Shown here: positions 40,234 to 49,485 of the stretch, piece after piece | Layout: each line of letters begins with the position of its first letter | Position numbering within the stretch: the stretch's first letter is position 1 | DNA from: Planctomycetota bacterium | GTDB taxonomy: Bacteria > Planctomycetota > PLA2 > JAEUHO01 | Length of the DNA stretch: 64,000 nt | Assembly (NCBI GenBank): GCA_965222115.1 | Contig: CBDCTJ010000007.1 | Coordinates: 2,624,001 to 2,688,000, forward strand | Direction: 5' to 3' | Translations under genes and position numbers: made by a program | The notes under the pieces: model-generated | The model's database searches: none | The model's input: the letters and a program-made list of their open reading frames with translations, nothing else | What the model was told of the DNA's origin: nothing

Positions 40234-41730
40234 ATGCTCACAATCACCGTATTCCTCCCCGTGCTAGGCGTACTGCTCTGCTGGATCTCTCCGGAGAAAG
40301 CAGCCAAGTCGATCAATGTGCTGTGTTGCGCGGTTGTGTTCGTGCTTACCGCCGTGATCGCCATGAACACGGGTGACACCGGCTACAGCCTCGTCGAACG
40401 AGTTGACTGGATTTCGAGCGTTGGCATTGAGTACTACCTGGGTGTTGATGGGCTCGGCGTTGCTCTGCTCTTGCTTACCAGTTTCGTTTCGCTGGTTTCG
40501 GCTATCGCCTCATGGAACATCAAGACCATGTCGCGCGGCTATCACATGATGTTCCTGTTGTTGTTGACCGGAATGCTCGGCGTGTTTGTGGCGCTCGACC
40601 TCTTCCTGTTCTATTGCTTCTGGGAGCTCATGCTCCTGCCGATGTTCTTCCTGATCGGTATCTGGGGCGGACCCAATCGGAAGTACGCGTCGATCAAGTT
40701 CTTCCTCTACACCTTGGCAGGCTCCGTGCTCCTGCTCGCCGGCATTATCTTGGTGCGCCTCAAGCTGGGAACGTGGTCAATCCCCCAAATCTCCGAGATC
40801 GCCAAGACGGCCGGGGCGGGTGGCGTTCTCGAGAATTCAACGCTCAGCCTGTTGGCATTCATCGGCATGTTTATTGGCTTCGCCGTCAAGATCCCTTCGT
40901 TCCCGTTCCACACGTGGCTTCCGGATGCCCACGTGCAGGCACCCACGCCCATCTCGATGATTCTTGCCGGCGTGCTGCTGAAAATGGGTGGCTATGGGCT
41001 GATGCGCATCGCCTATCCCTTCTTCCCCGATGCGGCGGTTGCGTGTGGCGCATTTATCTCGGCGATCTCAGTAATTGCGATTGTTTATGGCGCGTTTGTG
41101 GCGATGGCGCAGACCGACTTCAAGAAGATGATCGCCTACTCCTCGGTGAGCCATATGGGCTTTGTCACCTTGGGACTTGCAGCAGGCACCGCGGAAGGTA
41201 TCAACGGCGCGATGTACATGATGCTCGCGCACGGCACCATCAGCGCCATGCTCTTTATGATTGTGGGCGTCATATACGACCGCGCCCATCATCGCGACAT
41301 CGATCGTTTCGGCGGGCTCATGACGCCCATGCCCAAGTATTCGATGTGGGCCACGTTCGCCTTTTTCGCAAGTTTGGGGCTGCCCCTCTTGAGCGGGTTT
41401 ATCGCCGAACTCACCACTTTTGTAGGTGCGTTCAAGGGACCCCATGTGTGGGCGGCCGTCATCTCGTTGCTCGGTGTGGTGATCACGGCGGCCTACTACC
41501 TGATTACGCTCCAGAAGGTCTATCTCGGGAAGACGCCCGAGGTGTACATGGACAAGAAGTCCTATCCCGACCTGAGTGCGCGTGAGTTGGCCGTGTTGGT
41601 GCCGCTCGGCGTGGTTACGCTCGTCATGGGTGTGATGCCAAGCCTCGCCATGGACCTCTATAGTGGCTTCGTTGGTGGCCTGGAGGAGCTGCTCACTGCG
41701 GCCATTACCACCACGCGGGGAGGTGTGTAG
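40234..41730 (+). CDS. nuoM: NADH-quinone oxidoreductase subunit M
   Basis: PFHTWLPDAHVQAPT, IAYSSVSHMG. Confidence 0.96.
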   Translation: MLTITVFLPVLGVLLCWISPEKAAKSINVLCCAVVFVLTAVIAMNTGDTGYSLVERVDWISSVGIEYYLGVDGLGVALLLLTSFVSLVSAIASWNIKTMSRGYHMMFLLLLTGMLGVFVALDLFLFYCFWELMLLPMFFLIGIWGGPNRKYASIKFFLYTLAGSVLLLAGIILVRLKLGTWSIPQISEIAKTAGAGGVLENSTLSLLAFIGMFIGFAVKIPSFPFHTWLPDAHVQAPTPISMILAGVLLKMGGYGLMRIAYPFFPDAAVACGAFISAISVIAIVYGAFVAMAQTDFKKMIAYSSVSHMGFVTLGLAAGTAEGINGAMYMMLAHGTISAMLFMIVGVIYDRAHHRDIDRFGGLMTPMPKYSMWATFAFFASLGLPLLSGFIAELTTFVGAFKGPHVWAAVISLLGVVITAAYYLITLQKVYLGKTPEVYMDKKSYPDLSARELAVLVPLGVVTLVMGVMPSLAMDLYSGFVGGLEELLTAAITTTRGGV

Positions 41731-41736
41731 TTCCCG

Positions 41737-43224
41737 ATGGTTGATCTCTCACCCATCTCCCCGGCCATTGTGCTCACCATCGGCTTGCTGGCGGTGATCA
41801 TTGCCGATCTCGTTACGCGCGGCAAGCGCCCCACGATACCGATCGCGATAGCCATTATTTCGCTGGCCGTGAGCGTGGTGCTTGCTTGGACGCTCAAGGA
41901 CCAAGACAAGACCGTGCTCGGTGTCTTGCGCGCCGATCGATTCGGCAATGTGTTTACGCTTATCTGTTGCATTACCGGATTGATTACGGTCATTGCCACC
42001 ACCCGCGGTGAAGCGTTCCGTACACCGGGCGGTGAGTATCTCACCTTGATCCTGGCCGCAGTCATCGGTATGTCGCTGCTATCGATGTCGGTGGATCTGC
42101 TCACGCTTTATTTGGCGTTTGAAACCGTTTCGATTCCCAGCTACGTCCTGGTGGGCATGCGCCGGGCCGACGTGCGTGCCAACGAAGCGAGTCTCAAGTA
42201 TGTACTTTTTGGGGCCGTGTCATCGGGCGTGATGCTCTATGGCCTGTCCATGTTTGTGGGACTCGCCGGAACCACAACGCTCGACGGGCTGTCCGTAGCC
42301 ATCCAAAACGGCGCGGCTTCGCAACCCATCTTCTGGGTGGCGAGCTTGATGGTGTTGGCTGGATTCGCGTTCAAGATCTCAGCCGTACCGTTTCACTTTT
42401 GGGCACCGGATGTTTACGGGGGCGCCCCGGCAGCCGTTGGCGGCTTTTTGGCCGTTGCAAGTAAGGCGGCGGGCTTTGCGGCGCTCGTTCGCGTCGTGGC
42501 GGCAACCTTACCCAATGTGCTTCCAGCGGAAAACCCCATCACGGCGTTCTTGCCGGATGGCAATTTCCTCATGAAAGCCATCGCGGTTTGCGCAATTCTC
42601 ACAATGACGTTTGGCAACTTGGCAGCGCTCAAGCAGCGTGAAATCAAGCGACTCTTGGCGTGGTCGAGCATTGCCCACGCGGGCTACATCTTGCTGGCGA
42701 TATCCGTGTGGGGCAAAGACGCGATTGCGGGCCTTGTGCTCTATCTCGTCGCCTACTTGTTGATGAATCTCGCGGCGTTTTTCGTGGCGGGTATCGCCAT
42801 TCGGGAAACGGGGACCGGCAAAATTTCGGCGTTCCGTGGCCTCGCCAAGCGCAATGTGTGGCTCGCCGCCTCACTCACGCTCTGCCTGTTTAGCCTCACG
42901 GGACTGCCGCCCTTCTTTGGTTTCATCGGCAAGTTGCAGATCTTTACGGCCATCTTTGAAAAGGGCTACGCGTGGCTCGGCGTCATCGGCCTCGTCAATG
43001 GCGTCATTTCGCTTTACTACTATGCCAAAGTTGCCATGGCCATGTGGCCGTTCGATAGCGATGAGACGTCGCCCCAGCACGCGCCCATACGCCTGTCCTT
43101 GGTTGATGGCGTGTTGTGTGCCGTATTGGCGCTGCCGTTGCTTGGCTTCTTTGTGTGGTGGGGGCCCCTCTGGGAGTGGGCGCAGACCGTCGTGCCCACC
43201 CTCGCGGGAGGGATGCCGTCATGA
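41737..43224 (+). CDS. nuoN: NADH-quinone oxidoreductase subunit N
   Basis: EASLKY, FKISAVPFHFWAPDVY, KRLLAWSSIAHAGY. Confidence 0.96.
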   Translation: MVDLSPISPAIVLTIGLLAVIIADLVTRGKRPTIPIAIAIISLAVSVVLAWTLKDQDKTVLGVLRADRFGNVFTLICCITGLITVIATTRGEAFRTPGGEYLTLILAAVIGMSLLSMSVDLLTLYLAFETVSIPSYVLVGMRRADVRANEASLKYVLFGAVSSGVMLYGLSMFVGLAGTTTLDGLSVAIQNGAASQPIFWVASLMVLAGFAFKISAVPFHFWAPDVYGGAPAAVGGFLAVASKAAGFAALVRVVAATLPNVLPAENPITAFLPDGNFLMKAIAVCAILTMTFGNLAALKQREIKRLLAWSSIAHAGYILLAISVWGKDAIAGLVLYLVAYLLMNLAAFFVAGIAIRETGTGKISAFRGLAKRNVWLAASLTLCLFSLTGLPPFFGFIGKLQIFTAIFEKGYAWLGVIGLVNGVISLYYYAKVAMAMWPFDSDETSPQHAPIRLSLVDGVLCAVLALPLLGFFVWWGPLWEWAQTVVPTLAGGMPS

Positions 43225-44495
43225 CCGACACGCTACCTGGACTCTCGCCCGAATTGCGGCGTCGCCTCAACACCCTCTTCTCGCGTTCGTATTACAGCGC
43301 GGCGGGGTACGTATTCGAGTCGCAACCCTATCTCGTTGATACCGACCTCCCGGTCATGAACCGTCTTGCCGACGTGCGCGAGGATGATCGCCAACATGCA
43401 CTGTTGCTTGCCGGCCTCACCGAAATGTACGACCTCGTGCCTGAACCTGGCGCGTTTCCCTATTGGCACCGTGATCTCAATTACCTGACGGCTCCCTATA
43501 TGGCGGGCTTCGTAGTCGAGTCACTGGAAGACGATATTGCGCTCTACAAGGAAACGATTAGCGCGTTTCCGGAGGAAATGCGCGTTGCCCACACGGCTCT
43601 GCGTACGATTCTTCGAGAGAAGGAGACGACGCTCGGCGAGTTGCGAGCCGTCGCTGCCAATGCGAAAGCGCGCGAAGCAGAGACGTATGCGGAGAAGATC
43701 GTTGCCGTCAAGAAGGCGCGCGCCGATCGGTTGGCGGCGGAAAAAGCCGCCAAAGCTGCCGCGCGCAAGAAGAAGTCTGCCAAACCTGTCAAGGTCACCC
43801 TCGACTACGATCCCACGGAAGGCATGCCCGATCCTCACGAAGCGGGCATTTCCATGGAAGAGAATGCGCGACGAAAGATTGCGCGCCTGAAAGCTGTCAA
43901 AGAAGCCATGGCGAAGGCAGCCGCTGGTGTCGGCGCAGCATCCAGCGGACCGGTGTATGTGGATCTCAGCAAGTATCCCGATCCCGCCGAACCGGGCATC
44001 TCCATGGAGGAGAACGCCAAGCGCAAGATCGCGCGCTTGAAGGCACTCAAAGATGCGGGGCCCGGCGCCATTGCAGGGAAACCGCCTGCCGGTGTGACCG
44101 CGGCTGCAGGCGGCGACGACAACTTCGGTCTGCCCGATCCCAATGAAAAGGGCATCAGTCCTAAGGAACGAGCCAAGCGCACCATGATGATCAAACGTGC
44201 GCGCAAAAAGGCCGAAGCGGAAGGCGGAGCCGCCTCACCCACAAGCGATCCGGCCGCAGGCATGCCCGACCCCAACGAGCCTGGCATCTCGTCGAAAGAG
44301 AAAGCCAAGCGCACCATGATGATCAAACGTGCGCAAAAGAAGGCCGAAGCAGCAGGTGGTGCGGGCGCCGCCGCACCTGCGAGTGATCCCGCCGCCGGAA
44401 TGCCGGATCCCGATGAACCGGGTATCTCGCCGAAGGAGAAGGCGAAGCGCACGATGATGATTAAGCGGGCACGGAAGAAGGCGGAAGAGGGGTAG
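43221..44495 (+). CDS. Hypothetical protein: ferritin-like helical N-terminus plus five PDPxEPGISxxExAKR repeats
   Basis: Overlaps the nuoN stop (ATGA). EDDRQH within a helical domain. Five C-terminal repeats are visible. Confidence 0.7.
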   Translation: MTDTLPGLSPELRRRLNTLFSRSYYSAAGYVFESQPYLVDTDLPVMNRLADVREDDRQHALLLAGLTEMYDLVPEPGAFPYWHRDLNYLTAPYMAGFVVESLEDDIALYKETISAFPEEMRVAHTALRTILREKETTLGELRAVAANAKAREAETYAEKIVAVKKARADRLAAEKAAKAAARKKKSAKPVKVTLDYDPTEGMPDPHEAGISMEENARRKIARLKAVKEAMAKAAAGVGAASSGPVYVDLSKYPDPAEPGISMEENAKRKIARLKALKDAGPGAIAGKPPAGVTAAAGGDDNFGLPDPNEKGISPKERAKRTMMIKRARKKAEAEGGAASPTSDPAAGMPDPNEPGISSKEKAKRTMMIKRAQKKAEAAGGAGAAAPASDPAAGMPDPDEPGISPKEKAKRTMMIKRARKKAEEG

Positions 44496-44542
44496 GGGAT
44501 TCGATCATGGGCTCATGCGCGGCGACGCCATTCGCTCGTTTC

Positions 44543-44716
44543 CCCGTCACCCGAAACCCGAACTCAAGTGTGAGCGTCCGGTGATCGATTCGCGCCAGTT
44601 CGTGGACGTCAAGAGCAAATGGCTTTGCCATTTGCGCGAAGACCGTGAGTAAGCACCAGCAGATCTCTGATCCGCGCAGTGCGCATCGATCGGTGGACGT
44701 GGACGTACAAGTGGAC
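44543..44716 (+). repeat. Repeat module: heptamers + X + (GTGGAC)1 + Y + trailing GTGGAC units
   Basis: CCCGAACTCAAGTGTGAGCGTCCGGTGATCGATTCGCGCCAGTTC GTGGAC GTCAAGAGCAAATGGCTTTGCCATTTGC...GTGGACGTGGACGTACAAGTGGAC. Confidence 0.92.
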
Positions 44717-44736
44717 AAAAGCGTGTATCGGAGAAG

Positions 44737-44782
44737 GACCCCAACGGGGTCACGTGTAATAGCCTGGGGTTTTAACCCCAGG
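44737..44782. repeat. REP/REPIN-like double hairpin
   Basis: GACCCC-AAC-GGGGTC and CCTGGGGTT-TT-AACCCCAGG. Confidence 0.55.
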
Positions 44783-44881
44783 TATAGTCGTCTCTTCTCT
44801 TTAGCGTTCTGTAGGGACGCCGCCCGACTGCATGCAAGTCCGAGTGAGCTCCTGCGATTTCTAATCTGCGCAGAACGCACC

Positions 44882-45036
44882 GAACTGCTTGCTGTATGAC
44901 TTGAAAGTGCACGGGGCAACACCCTTTGGGAAGTGCTACGTGCATGCCCCACTCGCCACGAGGGCGAGGGCACGCACTCGCATTCCCGCGGGTGTTTCCT
45001 CGTGGAGCTTCTCGTATGTCATACAGCAAACAGTTC
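44882..45036. ncRNA. Conserved structured leader B, copy 1
   Basis: GAACTGCTTGCTGTATGAC (44882-44900) pairs 18/19 with GTCATACAGCAAACAGTTC (45018-45036). Nested stems AACACCC/GGGTGTT, GTGCATGCCC/GGGCACGCAC and CTCGCC/GGCGAG. Confidence 0.6.
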
Positions 45037-45402
45037 TCGGTTACTTCCACGGCGGGTCGGCTTGAACGATTCGATGTGTATCGAATCGCACGTCGTGTCG
45101 CGGCCAGTATTCACCAGCTCTGTGGATCGCTGCCTCGAGGCAACGCCGAGCTTGCAAGCCAAGCTCGACGAGCCTCTACAGCCGTCGTCCTCAACATCGC
45201 GGAGGGTATCGGCCGCGCTGGCGCGGGCGCCAAACACCGCTCGTTCTCAATTGCTCGCGGTGAGTGCGTCGAGGCCGCCGCGGCACTCGACCTCATGCAG
45301 GCGATGGGCATTATCACAGGAGCCAGCGCCGCACCGACGCTTCATGATCTAGATCGCGTCCGCGCGATGCTGAATGCGCTGATCCGCCGCTGGCGGGAGT
45401 GA
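45016..45402 (+). CDS. Four-helix bundle protein, subfamily B copy 1
   Basis: 128 aa. FDVY...LASQARRASTAVVLNIAEG...FSIARGECVE, with GGAG 8 nt upstream. Confidence 0.88.
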   Translation: MSYSKQFSVTSTAGRLERFDVYRIARRVAASIHQLCGSLPRGNAELASQARRASTAVVLNIAEGIGRAGAGAKHRSFSIARGECVEAAAALDLMQAMGIITGASAAPTLHDLDRVRAMLNALIRRWRE

Positions 45403-45475
45403 GGCACGCCCATTCGCAGCGAACCTCGCAAAAAGTGCCGGGTGTAATTTTGCACCGGTTAGCGCACTCCCGCCA

Positions 45476-45844
45476 CCCGTCACCCGTTCCCCGAAACCCG
45501 TCACCCGGACTCAAGTGTGAGCGTCCGATAATCGATTCGTGTCGCGTTCAAAACGTGGACGTGGACGTGGACGTGGACGTGGACGTGGACGTGGACGTGG
45601 ACGTGGACGTGGACGTGGACGTGGACGTGGACGTGGACGTGGACGTGGACGTGGACGTGGACGTGGACGTGGACGTGGACGTGGACGTGGACGTGGACGT
45701 GGACGTGGACGTGGACGTGGACGTGGACGTGGACGTGGACGTGGACGTGGACGTCGAGAGCAGATGGGCGAAGCCCGTTTGCACGAGACCCTGAGCAAGC
45801 ACCAGAGGATCTGTGATCCGCGCGGTGCGCATCGAAGGGTGGAC
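45476..45844 (+). repeat. Repeat module: heptamers + X + (GTGGAC)33 + Y
   Basis: 33 units at 45555-45752. Y hairpin variant GCAGATGGGC-GAA-GCCCGTTTGC. Confidence 0.95.
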
Positions 45845-45858
45845 GCCCTCGATGCCTA

Positions 45859-46551
45859 TCACGCACGGCGTGGCGGGCCGTCGAGGATGTCGGCGTGTGG
45901 CGCGTCTCTTATTGTCTTTCGTTCCGCTCCGCGTTCGCGGAGATGAAGAGTCAGGTCGACTACGATCTTCGCGATGACGAGAACAGCCAGGATGCCGATG
46001 GTGCTGTTGAAGAGCAAGACAACAAAGTTACCTAAAATAATGGCGAACTGCATGATAAAGATTCGCGTGTACGCCGCGGCCATGGGATCGAAGGATGCGT
46101 CCGCTGCCTGGACAACGTTCTTCTTAAAGTTCAAGGCATACGAAATGCCGTGGCTAACAAACATCGCGCCTATCACCAGAAGCCAGTGCGGTTCCAGTCT
46201 ACCAAGTGTATCGATCGTGTAGTTGAAGAACGAGTGGGACTTGGGTCGCGAAATCAGGATGCTGTTTGACCATGAAGGTCTCGTCAGTATCCACAGGAAC
46301 AATGCGTGTCCCACCATAAACCCACCGAAGTGCAGCGTGAAGAAGGACACGTCAAAGAACGCATTCCTTTTCCTCTTGAGTGAGAACAACTTCAGAATGG
46401 AGTAGAATCCGATGACGGCAGATTCGGCCCAGTATAGATAGAGCACCATGGCGAGGTCCCACCCCCCTGCCAGCACGCCGTAGAGTGGAATCAAGTTGAC
46501 GGCAATCAGTGTGAAGATTGCGAGTGGATGGGAGCGTGCAAATTGCGTCAT
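45859..46551 (-). CDS. Multi-pass membrane protein (DUF6498-like)
   Basis: LIAVNLIPLYGVLAGGWD..LYLYWAES..., FFTLHFGGFMVGH, YTRIFIMQ, KIVVDL..H. Confidence 0.7.
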   Translation of the reverse strand: MTQFARSHPLAIFTLIAVNLIPLYGVLAGGWDLAMVLYLYWAESAVIGFYSILKLFSLKRKRNAFFDVSFFTLHFGGFMVGHALFLWILTRPSWSNSILISRPKSHSFFNYTIDTLGRLEPHWLLVIGAMFVSHGISYALNFKKNVVQAADASFDPMAAAYTRIFIMQFAIILGNFVVLLFNSTIGILAVLVIAKIVVDLTLHLRERGAERKTIRDAPHADILDGPPRRA

Positions 46552-46713
46552 GATCGCGAGACTCCTGAATCGGGAATGCATGTCAAGCGCAGTTCGAGTA
46601 TCGGGGGCATCGCATGGCGCAAAATTTCAGTTTCAGCATCCGAGGCGAATTTCTAGCCCCCTGCGGTGCGCTTCGGAAGGGACTCCGGTACGTGATTCGG
46701 TAAGCTCTCGACC

Positions 46714-47709
46714 ATGGCCAGCAGTTTCGGAAGCGTGTTCTGTTCGACGTATGCCCTCGCTACATTCGAGAGCGGGGGCTGGAGTCCATGGACGCTTGCG
46801 CCTGTGGCACCCATCTCGATTCATCCGGGGGCGCACGGGCTGCACTACGGAAGCAGTTGTTTCGAAGGGCTCAAGGCGTATCGCCGCGACGACGGACGAG
46901 TACACATCTTTCGCCTTGACCGGCATGTTGAACGCATGCAGGCGAGCGCAGAGGCTTTGCGGCTGCCCGTTCCCGATGCCTCGCAATTTCACGACATGAT
47001 CTATGCGTTGGTTGATCGGTGCCGCGATGAGGTTCCGGTCTATCCAGGCGCCCTCTACATTCGACCGATTCTCTTTGGCACGTTGGAGTCGGTTGGCGCG
47101 GCCGGATCCGCGAGCGACGAAGCGCAACTCGTTGTTTTGGTGTGTCCCGTGGGAGACTACTTTGAGGGCGGTATGCGACCGCTTCGTATAGCCACTGTCA
47201 CCGATCGTGCACGCGCCGCACCTGGATTCGGTTGCGTAAAGACGGGTTCGAACTATGCCGCGGCGCTGCGCCCTGTCCTCACCGCGAAGCGAGACCATGA
47301 CGCCGATCAAGTGTTGTTTTGTCCAGATGGCAACGTTCAGGAGACAGGCGCCGCCAACTTCATCGTGATTCACAACAAGACGGTGATTACCAAACCACTG
47401 GACGACACGATCTTGCACGGCGTCACCCGCGACTCCCTGCTGACGATTGCACCTTCACTTGGCTTCAATGTAGAAGAACGCGAGTTCTCCGTGGATGAGC
47501 TACTTACGTGGGCGCCGAACGCAGAAGCAGGTTTGTCCGGTACCGCGGCCGTACTTGCGCCGGTTGGCGTGCTCATTCACGAGGGCAAAGAGCACGTGGT
47601 GGGTGATGGGAGCATTGGTCCGAACGTCAGAAAGCTGCGTGAAGCATTGACCGCGATTCAATCCGGCGATGCCGAAGATGAGTACGGGTGGTTGCTGTCC
47701 GTGACGTAA
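46714..47709 (+). CDS. ilvE: Branched-chain amino acid aminotransferase
   Basis: LHYGSSCFEGLKAY, LYIRP, KTGSNY, ETGAANF, ILHGVTRDS, GTAAV. Confidence 0.92.
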   Translation: MASSFGSVFCSTYALATFESGGWSPWTLAPVAPISIHPGAHGLHYGSSCFEGLKAYRRDDGRVHIFRLDRHVERMQASAEALRLPVPDASQFHDMIYALVDRCRDEVPVYPGALYIRPILFGTLESVGAAGSASDEAQLVVLVCPVGDYFEGGMRPLRIATVTDRARAAPGFGCVKTGSNYAAALRPVLTAKRDHDADQVLFCPDGNVQETGAANFIVIHNKTVITKPLDDTILHGVTRDSLLTIAPSLGFNVEEREFSVDELLTWAPNAEAGLSGTAAVLAPVGVLIHEGKEHVVGDGSIGPNVRKLREALTAIQSGDAEDEYGWLLSVT

Positions 47710-47752
47710 CGCATGCATGTGCTACTCGACATATGTCCCGCGCTCATCGTTT

Positions 47753-47833
47753 CCCTTTTCCCGTTTCCCGTCACCCGGAATCCAGATTTGTGCCGGGTGC
47801 ATTTTCGCGCGCGGTGTGCATCGAAGGGTAGAC
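47753..47833 (+). repeat. Degenerate repeat module (heptamers + tail of Y)
   Basis: CCCTTTT CCCGTTT CCCGTCA CCCGGAA ... CGCGCGGTGTGCATCGAAGGGTAGAC. Confidence 0.75.
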
Positions 47834-47835
47834 GC

Positions 47836-48210
47836 TCATGGAACGTTGAATCGCCGCTGGAGGACGAACAACATCGCGGCGGTTCGCTCCAGCGTGTTCA
47901 TGACTCGCGAAACTTTGAGTTCACTCGAGAGACGGAGTAGGAGCGCGTGATGTAGAGCCGCGATGGCTTCGGTGCATTCGGCGTGTGCAATGTCGTAGGC
48001 CCTGCGCTTCTCGGCTGCCCGCCGTTTCGATAGGCCTTCGGCGACGTTTAGGGCAACGCTGGTGCTTGCGCGCCTGAGTTGATCGGCAAGTTTTGCGTTG
48101 CCTCGTGGCCACTCGGCGCAGATGGCGACGCACTCGACTGCCGCGGCCTGCGAAGCACGGTAGACGTCGAAGCGTTTGAGGTACTCGAGCGTTGAAGACG
48201 CGCTTGTCAT
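47836..48210 (-). CDS. Four-helix bundle protein, subfamily A copy 2
   Basis: 124-aa close paralog of 9936-10310. Confidence 0.88.
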   Translation of the reverse strand: MTSASSTLEYLKRFDVYRASQAAAVECVAICAEWPRGNAKLADQLRRASTSVALNVAEGLSKRRAAEKRRAYDIAHAECTEAIAALHHALLLRLSSELKVSRVMNTLERTAAMLFVLQRRFNVP

Positions 48211-48366
48211 GATGGAACTCCAGTTGAAGGGAACGCAAGCCGTTTGCTCGCGTGTGCCCTTCGCAAAAGAGCCGAAGGCGAAGGAGGGCACACGCGAGCG
48301 GGTCGTACAAACAGAGCCCGCGTGACAGCGACAACTCGTTCCCAAACTGGAGTTCCATCACAAGCG
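48201..48366. ncRNA. Conserved structured leader A, copy 2
   Basis: CGCTTGTCATGATGGAACTCCAGTT / AACTGGAGTTCCATCACAAGCG. Perfect inner stem GCTCGCGTGTGCCCT/AGGGCACACGCGAGC. Confidence 0.6.
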
Positions 48367-48417
48367 GCGCCTGCGCGTACCGAACGCGCTATGGCAACCG
48401 GCGGTGCTGTCCAAGGC

Positions 48418-48651
48418 CCAGTCACCCTTCACCCGTTACCCGTTACCCGTAAACCGAATCCCAGACTCAAGGGTGAGCGTCGGATGGACGATTCGCGCCG
48501 TCTTTACGTGGACGTGGACGTGGACGTGGACGTGGACGTGGACGTGGACGTGGACGTGGACGTGGACGTGGACGTGGACGTGGACGTGGACGTGGACGTG
48601 GACGTGGACGTGGACGTGGACGTGGACGTGGACGTGGACGTGGACGTGGAC
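48418..48651 (+). repeat. Repeat module: heptamers + X + (GTGGAC)24
   Basis: 24 units at 48508-48651, no Y block. Confidence 0.93.
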
Positions 48652-48673
48652 GTGGAATCAGATTGGGTGCATC

Positions 48674-49474
48674 TTAGTCGTCGTCTTTCTTGGGTACGTC
48701 TTTCTCAATCCACGACGTAATCATGTACCGCACTTCGACCCATGAAAGCGTGATTGTGTACTCGCGCGTTAGATGCTCATAGGTTACGAGGTACTTTGCT
48801 TGTAGGGAGTCGTTTTCACCGGGCCCAAACGATGTGCGCATGAGATTCTTGAACGCGCCTTGTTTTCCATCGACGAGATCGATCTTGGTTGGCAGTGACT
48901 CACGCTCAATCATATCGCCCGATACGAACTTCGAGATGGTTTGAGGATTGCCTTGCGCGACCTGCTCAACGGCGCCGCGCATGGCGTCCTGTTCGAGCAG
49001 TTTCCGCTGTTCATCGCGGGCAGTGATTACGTGCTCAGCCTGTGCGGCGCGAGGGGTTAACGTGTAACGTGCGATTAGCCAGCGGCCGCCTGTGGCTGGA
49101 TTTCGCCTAAGATGAAACGTGGAATCAAGGATGACGTGTTCGCAACTCAGCGTAGCAAGTACCGTCTTTCGCGCCTTGCCTCCTGTTTCCGACACCTCCT
49201 CGATTCGAATGTCGTTTACCGCTCTCACGTTTCCGAATTGGGCTTGATACTGTTTCCGCTGTTCGCCGAATGCATGGGGGTGCCAATACACAAGAAGGGG
49301 CTTAGCGACATGTGGAAGTGTTTCGATGGAGTCATGCACCGCGTTGGACAACAGCGCCTTTGCGAATTCGGTAACGATGACCTCATGGGCGTCCTTCGTG
49401 GTTAGCGAGCTGATGGCGGCGAATAGCACACACGCCAACAACGTAAGCCCAAGCGCCTTGAATACGGGACCCAC
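48674..49474 (-). CDS. Hypothetical exported protein
   Basis: 266-aa ORF with N-terminal signal/TM segment, starting 11 nt downstream of the dehydrogenase gene. Confidence 0.6.
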   Translation of the reverse strand: MGPVFKALGLTLLACVLFAAISSLTTKDAHEVIVTEFAKALLSNAVHDSIETLPHVAKPLLVYWHPHAFGEQRKQYQAQFGNVRAVNDIRIEEVSETGGKARKTVLATLSCEHVILDSTFHLRRNPATGGRWLIARYTLTPRAAQAEHVITARDEQRKLLEQDAMRGAVEQVAQGNPQTISKFVSGDMIERESLPTKIDLVDGKQGAFKNLMRTSFGPGENDSLQAKYLVTYEHLTREYTITLSWVEVRYMITSWIEKDVPKKDDD

Positions 49475-49485
49475 GGCGCGGCCTC

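Noticed and set aside
45399-45946. ORFs with VD, WT, GR, HV, ST and PR dipeptide runs (also at 9.8, 10.6, 30.6, 48.5, 53.4 and 63.4 kb)
   Set aside because: They are six-frame translations of the stop-free (GTGGAC)n tract, with no consistent start, frame or RBS across copies.
47836-48345. N-terminally extended 136-169 aa versions of the four-helix ORFs
   Set aside because: The extensions run through the leader in different frames in different copies. The conserved ATG with GGAG RBS gives 124/128 aa.
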